A stretch of DNA of 64,000 nucleotides from an uncultured Thermoleophilia bacterium (GCA_903862845.1 CAIOZS010000210.1:2789-66788); one strand, 5' to 3'; positions 8,161 to 18,070 are shown, counted from the stretch's first letter. The notes: generated by a model not told the origin, from the sequence alone. Program-made: numbers and translations.

Positions 8161-8955
8161 ATGCAACTCGGCGGCATGGCTCTGCGGGACGGCGTCCTGT
8201 TACAGAGCGAACGTTTCTGGGCCGCCGCCGTGCGCAGCCCCGGTGGCGGCGTCACCGTGACGTCCGGCGAGAAACCGCGCCTCCCGGGGCGCGACAGCTT
8301 GCAGCGCGTCCCGCTGCTGCGCGGTCTATTGAGGCTCGGCGAGTCGCTCGCCGTGCTACCCGCGGTGCGCCGCTCCACCGGCCGCCCCGTGCTCCCGCAG
8401 GAAGACCCGCGGCTGCTCGCGGCCACGGCGGCCAGCGCCGTCGCAACGCTCGCCTTGCGCCGCTCGCGCCGCGGCTCGCCGCTCCTCAAGGAGCTCGCCG
8501 CGGCCGGTGTCTCACTGGCTCCAATCCTGCTGCTTCTGCGCGACTCGCGCCTGGCGCGCTACCACGGGGCCGAGCACAAGAGTGTGGCCGCCTATGAACG
8601 CGGCCTCGACCCGGCGACGGCAGACAAAGAGCACGCGCGCTGCGGCTCCAATCTGATCGCGCCGCTGGTCGTCACCACGGTCGCCAGCAATCTCGTGCTG
8701 CGGGCCGCCGGCAAGGAGCGCCAGCCGGCGGCCACGTTCGTCGCCGGGCTCGTGAGCATCGGCGCGGCCATGGAGCTGTTCTCGTGGATGGCTCGTCACC
8801 AGGATCACCCGTTGTCACGCGCGCTGGGGCGGCCGGGCATCGAGATGCAGCGGCGGTTCACGACGAGCGAGCCCTCGGCAGAGCAGCTGAAAGTCGCCGA
8901 TCTCGCCCTGCAGGAGCTGCTCAGGGTCGAAGAGGCGGCGGCGGCCGGCGGCTGA
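8161..8955 (+). CDS. DUF1385 family protein (YqhQ-like)
   Basis: Contains the GGMALRDGVL...YHGAEHK motifs characteristic of DUF1385. Confidence 0.7.
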   Translation: MQLGGMALRDGVLLQSERFWAAAVRSPGGGVTVTSGEKPRLPGRDSLQRVPLLRGLLRLGESLAVLPAVRRSTGRPVLPQEDPRLLAATAASAVATLALRRSRRGSPLLKELAAAGVSLAPILLLLRDSRLARYHGAEHKSVAAYERGLDPATADKEHARCGSNLIAPLVVTTVASNLVLRAAGKERQPAATFVAGLVSIGAAMELFSWMARHQDHPLSRALGRPGIEMQRRFTTSEPSAEQLKVADLALQELLRVEEAAAAGG

Positions 8956-9021
8956 CGTCTCGACGCCGCGCCAGCCGCCGCAGGTGGGCTGGCGTGCGGG
9001 ACACCTCAAGCGCACGGCACA

Positions 9022-9504
9022 TCAGCCGTCGGCCGGCTGGCGTTCGGCGAGCCGCTTGCGCCGGCGCTCCTCCGCTTCGCCGTACCAGTGCTTCTGGTCC
9101 GGCGTCTCGGGCACCAGCGGCGGCACCGGGATGGGCTTGCCGCTGTCGCTGAGGGCGACGAAGACCAGGTAGGCTGAGTTTGTGTGTGCGACCATCCCCG
9201 TCGTGAGGTCTTCGGCCTCGACGCGCACGCCCACCTCTACCGATGTCTTGCCGGAGTAGTTGACGTTGGCGAGCAACCGCACCAGGTTGCCGACCTGGAC
9301 CGGGTGGTGAAAATCGATGCGGTCGATGGCGGCCGTGACCACCTTCGTGCGGCAGAAACGGTAGGCGCAGGCGCCGGCGGCTTCGTCGATGAGCTTCATC
9401 ATGATGCCGCCGTGGATGTTGCCCATGAAGTTGGCGTCGGCCGGCTGCATGAGATGGGTGAGCACGAGGCGGGTCTCGCTGCCGCGGGGCAGGGGTTCGT
9501 TCAT
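9022..9504 (-). CDS. Acyl-CoA thioesterase (hotdog fold, YciA/BFIT-like)
   Basis: The sequence THLMQPADANFMGNIHGGIMMKLIDEAAG...VTAAIDRIDFHHPVQVGNLV is a typical hotdog thioesterase. Confidence 0.8.
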   Translation of the reverse strand: MNEPLPRGSETRLVLTHLMQPADANFMGNIHGGIMMKLIDEAAGACAYRFCRTKVVTAAIDRIDFHHPVQVGNLVRLLANVNYSGKTSVEVGVRVEAEDLTTGMVAHTNSAYLVFVALSDSGKPIPVPPLVPETPDQKHWYGEAEERRRKRLAERQPADG

Positions 9505-9530
9505 GGCGTCCCTCGGGTCGGCGGGGCTGG

Positions 9531-9728
9531 TCAGATGTCGAAGGCGCCGGGGGCACGGCGGCGCCTGCGGTCGCGCGTGCTGCGCGCGCCGCCACCCGAA
9601 CGATCGCCACGACGTTCGCCGTGGCGGCGGTCCATGATGACCGTTACGTTCGGGTTGTCCTTGTAGTGCTCGGTGAGACGGCGGTAGGCCTCTTCGCCGA
9701 GCTCGGGCGGCACGACGCAGTAGATCAA
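9531..9728 (-). CDS. Small hypothetical protein (65 aa) with an Arg-rich C-terminus, 27 nt upstream of the thioesterase
   Basis: GC3 is about 85%. TTG start preceded by GGGAGG. I recognised no conserved domain. Confidence 0.4.
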   Translation of the reverse strand: MIYCVVPPELGEEAYRRLTEHYKDNPNVTVIMDRRHGERRGDRSGGGARSTRDRRRRRAPGAFDI

Positions 9729-9979
9729 GACAGCCTCCCAGTAGCCCGGCCAAACGGTAGCACATGCCCAGAGGGGTAGCCAGAGGAAAGGGGGAGGGCC
9801 GGGAACGGCTGCTCCTGCCGGTCCCGGCCCTCGGAAGGGGGTACCGCTCAGAAGTATCGGCAGGGGGTGGCCGAGGCTTTAGCACTTTGGCCGCCGTGAC
9901 CCTCCTCGCAAACGCACCGCCGGTGAGACGGCCCTGCGACGGGCGCCGGGCAGCCGTCTGGTAAGCTGGCCGCAAGCCC

Positions 9980-11389
9980 ATGAGAAGGGAGGGCGCGGTG
10001 TTTCCGAGTCACGACGCGGTCGTCACGGCCGTGCCCAAGTACGACCGCTATCCTCTGCTGGACGAGCTCGAGACCTCGACGGACGCGTTCACCGCGGCTC
10101 ACCCGGGCGTTGAGGTGTGGCCGGCCGGCGCCTCCCGCGACGGCCACCCGATCCGCTGCCTCGAGATCCCGGGCGGTCCGCTGCAGGCACTGCTCATCGG
10201 CGTGCCTCACCCCGAAGAGCCGGTCGGCGCACTGCTGCTCGAATACCTCCTGCCGCTGCTCGCTGATGGCTTGGCGGGGGAGCTGGGCTTCGGCTTCTCG
10301 GTGGTCAAGGTCGGCGATCCCGACGCGATGCGCCTCAACGAGGCCTGGTTCGCGGAGCCCTACGATCTGGCCGGGTTCCTGCTGCGCGCGTACCGGCCGC
10401 CCTTGGCCGACCAGTTCGAGTGGACCTTCCCCATGGAGTACAAGCGCTACGGCTTCACCCGGCCGCTACCCGAGGCGCGCGCCGTGATGGAGGCCGTGCA
10501 CCGGCGGCCGCTCGACCTCTACATGGCGCTGCACAACTCGAACTTCAGCGGCGCCTACTTCTACCTCTCGAGCGAGGACGCGGTGCTTCAAGAGGAGCTC
10601 GCCGCCGTCATGGCGGCAGCAGGGCTGCCGCCGCACTGCGGCGAGCCGGAGGTTCCGTATCTGGACGCGCTCTCCGATGGGGTCTTTCGCGCCTTCTCCC
10701 TGGTCGACGACTACGAGTACTACGAGAAGTACGGCGCCGACCCGGCGGTCCTGCTCACCAGCGGGACCTCGAGCGACGCCTATGCCGAGGCCGTGTGGGG
10801 CTGCTTCACGCTGGTCGCCGAGGTGCCGTACTTCACCAGCGCCAAGATCGCCGACAAGAGCGCGGCCGGCCTCACGCGGGCCGCGGCCAAGCTGCGCGGC
10901 CTCGACGTGCAGCAGCAGCTCGCCGGCTGGGTGCACGAGCGCTACGTGCTGGCCGCACCGCACCTCACGCGCGAGACGCCGTGGCAGCGTACCGTGCACG
11001 CCTACCTCAGCGCCGTCAAAGACGACCTCCGTGCCGAGCGCACGCAGGTCGAGACCGAGGCCCTGTTCCAGCGCGAAGCGACGGTGGCGCAGCTCTTCGA
11101 TTCGCTGTACCTGCGCGAGCTGGACGCGCTCACCCGCGTGGGCCAGTTCGCCAACATGCTCGCCGCCGAGCCCCAGCAGAACGACGCGCTGGTCACTCTG
11201 CGCGCCGAGGCCGAGGCCAAGGTGCGCGAGCGCGCGCCCCGGCTTGCCTCGGCGGGCGCCCTGGAACCCGTGCCGATCCGAACGCTTGTCCAGTGTCAGC
11301 TCGCCGCCCTGCTGTGCACGCTCGTCGCGGTGCGCGAGCGCTACCGACCCGCGCACCCGAGACCCTCGGCGCCCCGGATGACTCTTTGA
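9980..11389 (+). CDS. M14-like zinc peptidase family protein (paralog B)
   Basis: HxxE motif (GVPHPEEPVG) and a downstream His (LHNSNFSGAYFYLS). It is collinear with paralog A along its full length. Confidence 0.55.
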   Translation: MRREGAVFPSHDAVVTAVPKYDRYPLLDELETSTDAFTAAHPGVEVWPAGASRDGHPIRCLEIPGGPLQALLIGVPHPEEPVGALLLEYLLPLLADGLAGELGFGFSVVKVGDPDAMRLNEAWFAEPYDLAGFLLRAYRPPLADQFEWTFPMEYKRYGFTRPLPEARAVMEAVHRRPLDLYMALHNSNFSGAYFYLSSEDAVLQEELAAVMAAAGLPPHCGEPEVPYLDALSDGVFRAFSLVDDYEYYEKYGADPAVLLTSGTSSDAYAEAVWGCFTLVAEVPYFTSAKIADKSAAGLTRAAAKLRGLDVQQQLAGWVHERYVLAAPHLTRETPWQRTVHAYLSAVKDDLRAERTQVETEALFQREATVAQLFDSLYLRELDALTRVGQFANMLAAEPQQNDALVTLRAEAEAKVRERAPRLASAGALEPVPIRTLVQCQLAALLCTLVAVRERYRPAHPRPSAPRMTL

Positions 11390-11390
11390 T

Positions 11391-11905
11391 GTGTCACTCT
11401 GGCGCCGACGACGTCGAGGCCATGCGCGACTGGGACGAGCTCAGCGTCCTCCCCGTGCCGCTGGTGTTCCGGGACGGCGTGAGCGGTGCGCTCACCCTGA
11501 TCGAGAAACGCGCCTCACGCCGCTCACGAAGGAAGAGCGCGAGCTGACCGCCACCCTGGGCGAGCAGGCCGCAGGGGCCATCGAACGCGCGCGTCTCTAC
11601 CAGCGCGTGCAGGACAAGACGGTCACCGGCGGTCCCATCGGCCTGTTCAATCACCGCTACTTCTACAAGCGCCTCGAACAGGAGATCGCGCGAGCCAGAC
11701 GGTACGGCATGCCGGTGTCGCCGCTGATGATCGACCGGGACGAGCTCAAGGCGTTCAACGACCGGCACGGCGCCGAGGATGTGGCGGAGCGCATCCGCCG
11801 CATGGTCGGTGCGACGCATTTCACCGGCAGCGACGGCAGGAGGCGGACGCCGCGCGGTGCAACGCCGAGCGCGCCGGCAAGAACAGGGTCGCGAGCTACG
11901 GCTGA
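11391..11905 (+). pseudogene. Remnant of a GAF-GGDEF diguanylate cyclase (multiple frameshifts, N-terminally truncated)
   Basis: The GAF end (LTKEERELTATLGEQAAGAIERARLYQ), the GGDEF start (LFNHRYFYKRLEQEIARARRYGMPVSPLMIDRDELKAFNDRHG) and the GGDEF end (ADAARCNAERAGKNRVASYG) lie in three different frames. The GGEEF core is missing. Confidence 0.6.
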
Positions 11906-12010
11906 GGGCCGGCCGGGCGCCTTTTGCCCGGCCGGCCCTCACGGCCACTTCCCACCGCGTCGGCGCCGCTCAGGCGGCCGACGGCCGCTCGGCGCGACCC
12001 GGAGGCGCCG

Positions 12011-12406
12011 CTACTGGACGGCGATGATCAGATTCTTGCTGTAGCCCTTGACCCCGCCTGCCGCCCAGACCGCGCGGTACCTGATCAGGCTCATGGTCGG
12101 GTCTGTCGCCGTGAGCTTGGCGGAGAAGATCCCCTTGTTGCCGTTCAGCCAGTCGGGCTTGACCTGCGCGACCTTCACCCACGAGCTGTTGGACTTCTTC
12201 TGGATGGTCACGTACTTGGAGCCCGTACCGCCGTTCGTATTCTTCACGGTGCCGTTCACCGTGAAGGCGGCATTCAGGTCAACGCTCGACGGTCCCTTGA
12301 GCGTCACGACTGGTGCCATCGCGCCGGCGAACACCGCCGGGGCTAGAATGATGACGGCGAACGCCGCCAACAGCACCAGCACCATCCACACTCTTCCCCG
12401 TCTCAT
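12011..12406 (-). CDS. Small secreted protein, tandem paralog 1 (signal peptide, about 110 aa mature)
   Basis: N-terminal signal peptide with GGAGGAGA before the ATG. Shares a ...L[KR]GP...NG..K....RY[RK]AAW.. scaffold with the next two genes. Confidence 0.65.
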   Translation of the reverse strand: MRRGRVWMVLVLLAAFAVIILAPAVFAGAMAPVVTLKGPSSVDLNAAFTVNGTVKNTNGGTGSKYVTIQKKSNSSWVKVAQVKPDWLNGNKGIFSAKLTATDPTMSLIRYRAVWAAGGVKGYSKNLIIAVQ

Positions 12407-12557
12407 CTTCTCTCCTCCCCCTGCGGAATGAAGGACCCGGCGCCCGGCGCCCCGGCTTCGTGGTCCGCAGCGCTCTCTTGCCCAAGACCTATGGGGAGTT
12501 AATCGGCAGGGCGGCCCGGCGGCTTGAATCGCTGAGACGGGGGCGGCGCCGCGCAGA

Positions 12558-12959
12558 TCAGTCGATCTCGACCCTGAGGACGTTGCTGCGCGTGGTCCCT
12601 TCGGGATGCATCCAGGCGGCCCTGTACCTGGCGATGCCCATGGCGGAAGGAGTGGCCGTGACCCAGAAGGCCACGATGCCCTTGCGGCCGCCGTCCGTCC
12701 ACGTTGGCGCCTTCGCGCCGATCCGCTTCAAGTCGCCGTTCTTGTTCTGCATGATGATGGCGACCCGCCAACCGTCGGCACGTTGCGGATTGCGGATCGT
12801 CGCGGTGAGCTTGATCAGCGCGCCATAGTCGGCGGAGCTGGGGCCCCTGAGCTTGATTGTCACGCCCGCCGTCCGCCCCAAGGCCGCCGGAGCAAGGACG
12901 GCCACAAGGAGGGCGGCCACCGCGGTGAAGAGCGCGAGCGACCGGAACTGCTTCATCAT
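12558..12959 (-). CDS. Small secreted protein, tandem paralog 2
   Basis: Signal peptide (MMKQFRSLALFTAVAALLVAVLAPAALG) and a conserved C-terminus (MGIARYRAAW...NVLRVEID). Confidence 0.65.
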   Translation of the reverse strand: MMKQFRSLALFTAVAALLVAVLAPAALGRTAGVTIKLRGPSSADYGALIKLTATIRNPQRADGWRVAIIMQNKNGDLKRIGAKAPTWTDGGRKGIVAFWVTATPSAMGIARYRAAWMHPEGTTRSNVLRVEID

Positions 12960-13092
12960 CCCACCTCCACGCAAGGGGTTGCGCCATGCCCGCCCTCCGG
13001 TCGCGCGTCGCGGCCGCGCGGCGTGCATGGACTCCACAGCGGGAGCCTGCCCGCCGGAGTGAAGAAGTATGTCGCCTCGCGGCGCCCGGGCC

Positions 13093-13488
13093 TCAGTCGA
13101 TCTCGACGCGCCAGACGTTGCTGCGGGCGATCCCGGCCGGGCTCTTCCATGCGACCCTGTACATGGCGATGCCCATCGCCGACGGCACGGCCTTGACGCG
13201 GAGGAACGCGAAGCCGACGGAGCCGCCCGTTGCCCAGACGACCGTCTTGGAGGCGATGCGCCGCAGATGGCCATTCTTGTTCTGCAGCAGGACGGCGGGC
13301 CCGTAGCCGCCGGTGTAGTCATTCGTGTCCTTGATCGTCACGCTGAGCCTGATCGTCGCGCCCTGAGCCGCTGCCCTGGGGCCCTTGAGCTTGACGGTGA
13401 CACCGGTGGCTCCTGAAGCCGCCGGGGCGAGAACGGCCGCGCAGAGGGCCAGCACCACGGCGAGCAGTACCACAGACTTGAGCTTCAT
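13093..13488 (-). CDS. Small secreted protein, tandem paralog 3
   Basis: Signal peptide (MKLKSVVLLAVVLALCAAVLAPAASG) and a conserved C-terminus (MGIAMYRVAW...NVWRVEID). Confidence 0.65.
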   Translation of the reverse strand: MKLKSVVLLAVVLALCAAVLAPAASGATGVTVKLKGPRAAAQGATIRLSVTIKDTNDYTGGYGPAVLLQNKNGHLRRIASKTVVWATGGSVGFAFLRVKAVPSAMGIAMYRVAWKSPAGIARSNVWRVEID

Positions 13489-13663
13489 CTCCCAACCTCC
13501 TCGAGACTGGTGCGCCGCTCCCTTGCGACAGGCGCTTCGGCGCGGCGCGGTTTCCATGCGCTCTCTATCGGCAGCGCACGCGGCGAAGGTGAGCCTTGCG
13601 CCGCGGAGCGACGGCCGGTGGGACGGGACGGCGGTCCATGCGCCCGCGCAAACCCGGCGGCGG

Positions 13664-15463
13664 CTAGTCTCGGCCGAGGGCGGGGAGCGCGTCGAGCATC
13701 GCCGGCTCGCCGCCGAGCACCTGCACCACGGCGCCTTCGACGCGCGCCGCCATGGCGTCCACGAAGTAGCGCGCCGCCAGCAGCTTGCGCGCGTCGCCTT
13801 GCGCCGCGCGGAGCATCAGGTAACCGCAGCTCACGGCGATGGCCGTCTCCACAAGCCGGCGCGCGTGGAAGTCGCGGTAGCGCACGTCGTCGAGGGCACG
13901 CACGCGGGCGATCGCCTCCGCCAGTCGCGCGCGGGCGACCCGCACGCGCGCCAGCAGCTCCGGTGTCGCGGCGAAGCCCTCGGCGTCGTATTCGCCCAGG
14001 CGGGCTGCGAGCGTGCCTCCGAGCACGCCACCAATGGCGGCCACGACCTGCAGCTGCGTCGTGCCCTCGTAGATGTTGGTGATGCGCGCGTCGCGGCTGT
14101 GACGCTCCACGGCGAAGTCGCGCATGTAGCCGGAGCCGCCGTGGATCTGCAGCGACTCGTAGGCCACGGTGTTGGCCATCTCGGTGCAGCACGCTTTGAC
14201 CAGCGGCGTGAAGAGCGCCGCCAGGCGCGTGTACTTCTTGAGCTCCGCGCGCAGCGCCTTGAGCTCATCGGCGGAGCCTTCGGGGCCGGCGGCCGACGAG
14301 CTGGGGGACGGGCTCGGATGCTGCAGACCAGGCCCTCCGGCGTCGGCCCCCGGCGCCGTGATGTGCGCGATGCGCCGCTCGAGCACTTCCTTCATGTCGA
14401 CGATGAGCGCCGTCTCGTACAGAAGCGCGCGCGCCGCCTCGAGGCTCACCTTCATGTCGGCGAGCATCCCCCTGACGGCGGTGAGCTCGGCGATGGGCGC
14501 GCCGAACTGCACGCGCTCCTGGGCGTACTTGGCGGCGGCGCGGTAGGCTGCTTCGGCGATGCCCTGCGCCTGCGCCGCAATCGCCAAACGGGCGCCGTTC
14601 ATGAGGCTCATCACGTAGGTCGTGAGGCCGCGCCGGCGCTCGCCGACGAGCAGCGCCGGCGCGTCGTCGAACTGCAGCTCGCAGGTCGGCGAGCCGTGGA
14701 TGCCGAGCTTGTCCTCGAGGCGGCGGATGCGCATGTGCGCGTCGCGCTCGTAGAGGAACATGCTGAGGCCGCGGGCATCGGTGGTGCCCTCTTCGGAGCG
14801 CGCCAGCACGAGGCTGAGCTGCCCGCACCCATTGGTGATGAAGCGCTTCACGCCGCTCAGGCGCCAGGTGCCGTCGGGCTGCTCTGTCGCCTTGAGCTGC
14901 ACGTTCTGCAGATCGCTGCCGGCCTCCGGCTCGGTGAGCGCCATGCTGGCGGTGACCTCGCCACTGGCGAAGCGCGGCAGATAGGCCGCCTTCATCTCGT
15001 CGTTCGCGAACTTGCTCACCGTCTCGGCGATGTCCTGCAGCCCAAAGATGTTCATGAGCGCAGGGTCGGCGCGGCTGACCATCTCGACGATCATCACGCT
15101 GACCGTGATCGGGAAGTTGAGGCCGCCGTACTTGCGCGGCAGGGTGATGCCCATGAGGTCGGCCTGTTTGAGGCGCTCGAGGCTCTGGGCGATGCCCGGC
15201 GCGTAGCGGACCTCGCCGTCCACCAGTTCGCTGCCGGCTCGGTCGACGTCTTCCGCGCGCGGTTCGACGAACTCGCCGGCGATGTCGCCGACAATGGCGA
15301 GCGTGCGCTCGTAGGAGTCGAGGGCGTCCTCGAAGTCGCGGGGCGCGTAGGCGAACTCGCCGGCCTGCCGGTAGTCGTCCTCGCGCAGGCGGACGATGCG
15401 CGCCAGGTCGAGACCGCGCAGGGTCGCCTGCAGGTCCGGGTTGTCGCTGTAGAAGTTGCTCAT
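13664..15463 (-). CDS. Acyl-CoA dehydrogenase (long form, about 600 aa)
   Basis: Start MSNFYSDNPD. The ACAD N, M and C domains are present (TEPEAGSDL, IHGGSGY) with a C-terminal extension. The start overlaps the etfA stop. Confidence 0.9.
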   Translation of the reverse strand: MSNFYSDNPDLQATLRGLDLARIVRLREDDYRQAGEFAYAPRDFEDALDSYERTLAIVGDIAGEFVEPRAEDVDRAGSELVDGEVRYAPGIAQSLERLKQADLMGITLPRKYGGLNFPITVSVMIVEMVSRADPALMNIFGLQDIAETVSKFANDEMKAAYLPRFASGEVTASMALTEPEAGSDLQNVQLKATEQPDGTWRLSGVKRFITNGCGQLSLVLARSEEGTTDARGLSMFLYERDAHMRIRRLEDKLGIHGSPTCELQFDDAPALLVGERRRGLTTYVMSLMNGARLAIAAQAQGIAEAAYRAAAKYAQERVQFGAPIAELTAVRGMLADMKVSLEAARALLYETALIVDMKEVLERRIAHITAPGADAGGPGLQHPSPSPSSSAAGPEGSADELKALRAELKKYTRLAALFTPLVKACCTEMANTVAYESLQIHGGSGYMRDFAVERHSRDARITNIYEGTTQLQVVAAIGGVLGGTLAARLGEYDAEGFAATPELLARVRVARARLAEAIARVRALDDVRYRDFHARRLVETAIAVSCGYLMLRAAQGDARKLLAARYFVDAMAARVEGAVVQVLGGEPAMLDALPALGRD

Positions 15464-16524
15464 GCCTTCGTCCTGTAGGCCTTGATCAGCAGAGGGATGA
15501 CCTTGTGCAGGTCGCCGGCAATGCCGTAGTGGGCCACCGAGAAGATCGGCGCGTGTGGATCGCTGTTGATGGCCAGGATGCGGGCGCTCTGGTCCATGCC
15601 GGCGCGGTGCTGCACGGAGCCGCTGATGCCGCAGGCGATGTACAGCTTGGGGCGCACCGTGGTGCCGGTCTGCCCGACCTGGTGCTCGTGGCCGACCCAG
15701 CCCGCATCCACGGCGGCGCGGCTGGCGCCGACGACGCCGCCGAGCGTGCGGGCCAGCTCCTCGACGAGGGCGAAGCCCTCGCGTGAGCCGACGCCCACGC
15801 CGCCCGAGACGACCACCCGGGCGCCCTTGAGGTCGACCCTCTTCCCCTCCTGCACGCGCTTCACGAGGCGCACGGCGAAATCCGCGTCGGTGAGCACGAT
15901 GCGGTCCGCGGCAGCGACGGGCGCCGACGAGCGCTGCACCGGCACCGTGACCACGGTGCCGGTGCGACTCTCGTCGGCCTCCGGCATGACCATGACGCCC
16001 TCCCGCACGGTGGCCATCTGCGGCCTGTGCTCGGGGCTCACGATGGTGGCGATGATGTTGCCACCGAACGCCGGGCGGATCTGGAAGAGGAGATCGGCGT
16101 AGGTCTCGCCCTTGGCCGAGAAGTCGCCGATGCGCAGGTCGGTGCAGTCGGCGGTGAGGCCGGTGCGCAAGGCGCTGGCCACGCGCGGCGCCAGATCGCG
16201 GCCGCTGGTCGTGGCGCCGTAGAGGACGATCTGCGGCCGGTGGGCACGGACGAGGCCGACGACGACGCACGTGTACGGCAGTGCCAGGTAGTCGCCGAGG
16301 TCGTCGTGGTCGGCCAGGTACACGGTGTCGGCGCCGCGGGCGATGAGGGCGGGCGCAAGAGCCCTGACGGGCGCGCCCGCCCCGGCCAGCACGGCGCCGA
16401 TGCCGACGCCGAGCCTTTCGGCAAGCTCGCGGGCGCGGCCGAGCAGCTCGAGGCTGACCTCGGCCGCAACGCCGTCATGCTGTTCGACGACCACCCAGAC
16501 ATCGCCGGCCTCCGCGCCCCTCAC
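15460..16524 (-). CDS. etfA: Electron transfer flavoprotein alpha subunit
   Basis: FAD-binding C-terminal domain (YIACGISGSVQH...LAINSDP). The start is uncertain: a GTG after GGGAGG is preferred over the upstream TTG. Confidence 0.85.
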   Translation of the reverse strand: MRGAEAGDVWVVVEQHDGVAAEVSLELLGRARELAERLGVGIGAVLAGAGAPVRALAPALIARGADTVYLADHDDLGDYLALPYTCVVVGLVRAHRPQIVLYGATTSGRDLAPRVASALRTGLTADCTDLRIGDFSAKGETYADLLFQIRPAFGGNIIATIVSPEHRPQMATVREGVMVMPEADESRTGTVVTVPVQRSSAPVAAADRIVLTDADFAVRLVKRVQEGKRVDLKGARVVVSGGVGVGSREGFALVEELARTLGGVVGASRAAVDAGWVGHEHQVGQTGTTVRPKLYIACGISGSVQHRAGMDQSARILAINSDPHAPIFSVAHYGIAGDLHKVIPLLIKAYRTKA

Positions 16525-16543
16525 GGGGGCGCCTCCCGCCGCG

Positions 16544-17470
16544 CTAGCCAAGGATGTGCTCCTCGATAAGCTCGTGGACGAGAATGGCGAGGCCGGCTTC
16601 GTCCGGCGTCACCATGCGCGCCTCGCTCTGCGCGAGCACGACGCTCTCGATCTCCTTCACGCGCGTCGGCGAGCCGCGCAGGCCCAGCGCCTCGCGGTCG
16701 GCCGCGAGGGCGAGATGGTCCCACTGCACGACCTTGGCGCGGCACACCGGCCGGCCGTCGCGGCCGACCATGCACACCTCGGCGGCGTCGCTCTCGGGGT
16801 CGAGGTAGGTGTCATCGTAGTCGGGCATGGACTCTGCGGCGATGCCCTTGTACGTCATGACAAGCTTGACGCTGGGCGGGCGCGGTTCGTTGGCCTCGCC
16901 GGTGACCGTGAGCAGGCAGGGGAGCAACGAGGTGAGCGTCTCGTAGCCGCCCTCGATGGAGCGCGTGGCGGTGACGGCGCCGCCCGCGCCGCCTGCCGGC
17001 GCCACCAGCTCGTCGACCCGGCTCACGCAGGTGATCTGCGGATAGCCCAGCTTCTCGGCGGTCTGCGGGCCCACCTGCGCCGTGTCGCCGTCGATCGCCT
17101 GGCGACCGCAGAGCACGAGATCACAGCCGCCCAGCTTGCGCACCGCCAGCGACAGCACGTAGCTCGTGGCCAGCGTGTCGGCGCCGGCGAACGCCTTGTC
17201 GGTGAGCAGGATGACCTCGTCGACGCCGCGGTACAGCGACTCGCGAAGAACCTGTACGGCGGCCGGCGGCCCCATGGTGACGACGGTCACGCGGGCGCCG
17301 TGGCGATCCTTGAGGCGCAGCGCCTCTTCCAGCGCGTTGAGGTCTTCGGGGTTGAAGACGGCCGGCAGCGCCGCGCGGTTGACGGTCCCATCCTCTTTCA
17401 TCGCGTCGCCCGTCACGTTCTGCGTGTCCGGGACCTGCTTGACGAGGACGACGATGCGCAGCTGGGACAT
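16544..17470 (-). CDS. etfB: Electron transfer flavoprotein beta subunit
   Basis: N-terminus MSQLRIVVLVKQVPD, typical of EtfB. Confidence 0.85.
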   Translation of the reverse strand: MSQLRIVVLVKQVPDTQNVTGDAMKEDGTVNRAALPAVFNPEDLNALEEALRLKDRHGARVTVVTMGPPAAVQVLRESLYRGVDEVILLTDKAFAGADTLATSYVLSLAVRKLGGCDLVLCGRQAIDGDTAQVGPQTAEKLGYPQITCVSRVDELVAPAGGAGGAVTATRSIEGGYETLTSLLPCLLTVTGEANEPRPPSVKLVMTYKGIAAESMPDYDDTYLDPESDAAEVCMVGRDGRPVCRAKVVQWDHLALAADREALGLRGSPTRVKEIESVVLAQSEARMVTPDEAGLAILVHELIEEHILG

Positions 17471-17716
17471 GTCGGTCAATGTTTCCCGTCGTCGTTGTTT
17501 GCGGATGCGGTACGGTACCAGAAACGGCGCGTCCGCGGCAAAGGTGAGAGGGACGAGGCCCCAGCGCAGGCGCGCCTCGACCGCCAAGGGCCCCGTGCGA
17601 CGATCCCCTCATGAGGAGGGGCCTGCCGACACTGGTGGCGCTGCCGGCGTGCGCCCGCATCTTCGCCGGCGCGGCCGCGCCTGCGGCCGTCGCGCCGCTC
17701 GCGCCGCGGCCGACCC

Positions 17717-18070
17717 CTACGCAGGCTCGACGTTGTCGGCCGGGATCCAGCCTTCGTGGCCGCTGTTCATGCGGCAGCGCAGCCAGCCGCCGGCCTCCTC
17801 GAACGCGTCGAGCAGCTCGCCCGGCCCGACGGTCAGCTCAGTGGCGTCGTAGTCGCGCAGGGCCGTAGCTTCGTGCACGCCGGTCATCTCGAGGTAGAAG
17901 TCGGGCACCCAGCCGGCGTGCCCCGACTGGTCGGTGCACCACACGTACGACCGCCACTGCTGGTCGTGGTGGCCGATCCCGAGCATGTCTCCGGTGACGA
18001 AGCGCACGGGGTCGGGCACGCTGCTGATGTGAGCTCGTATGACGCGCACGCGGCAGGGGAATTCGTCCAT
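17717..18070 (-). CDS. Hypothetical protein with two SH3-like repeats
   Basis: Two about 50-aa repeats each end in GW[VI]P.D.. (bacterial SH3-like). Confidence 0.45.
   Translation of the reverse strand: MDEFPCRVRVIRAHISSVPDPVRFVTGDMLGIGHHDQQWRSYVWCTDQSGHAGWVPDFYLEMTGVHEATALRDYDATELTVGPGELLDAFEEAGGWLRCRMNSGHEGWIPADNVEPA

Noticed and set aside
15455-15470. Apparent 1-2 nt disagreements between hand-counted positions and ORF-track coordinates at a few loci
   Set aside because: This is most likely my own counting error. I used the ORF-track coordinates where available and flagged the uncertainty rather than reading any biology into it.
13385-15478. A 697-aa plus-strand ORF
   Set aside because: It is antisense to the acyl-CoA dehydrogenase and its translation is low-complexity.
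16325-17614. A 429-aa plus-strand ORF and others across etfA/etfB
   Set aside because: It is antisense to well-conserved ETF subunits.
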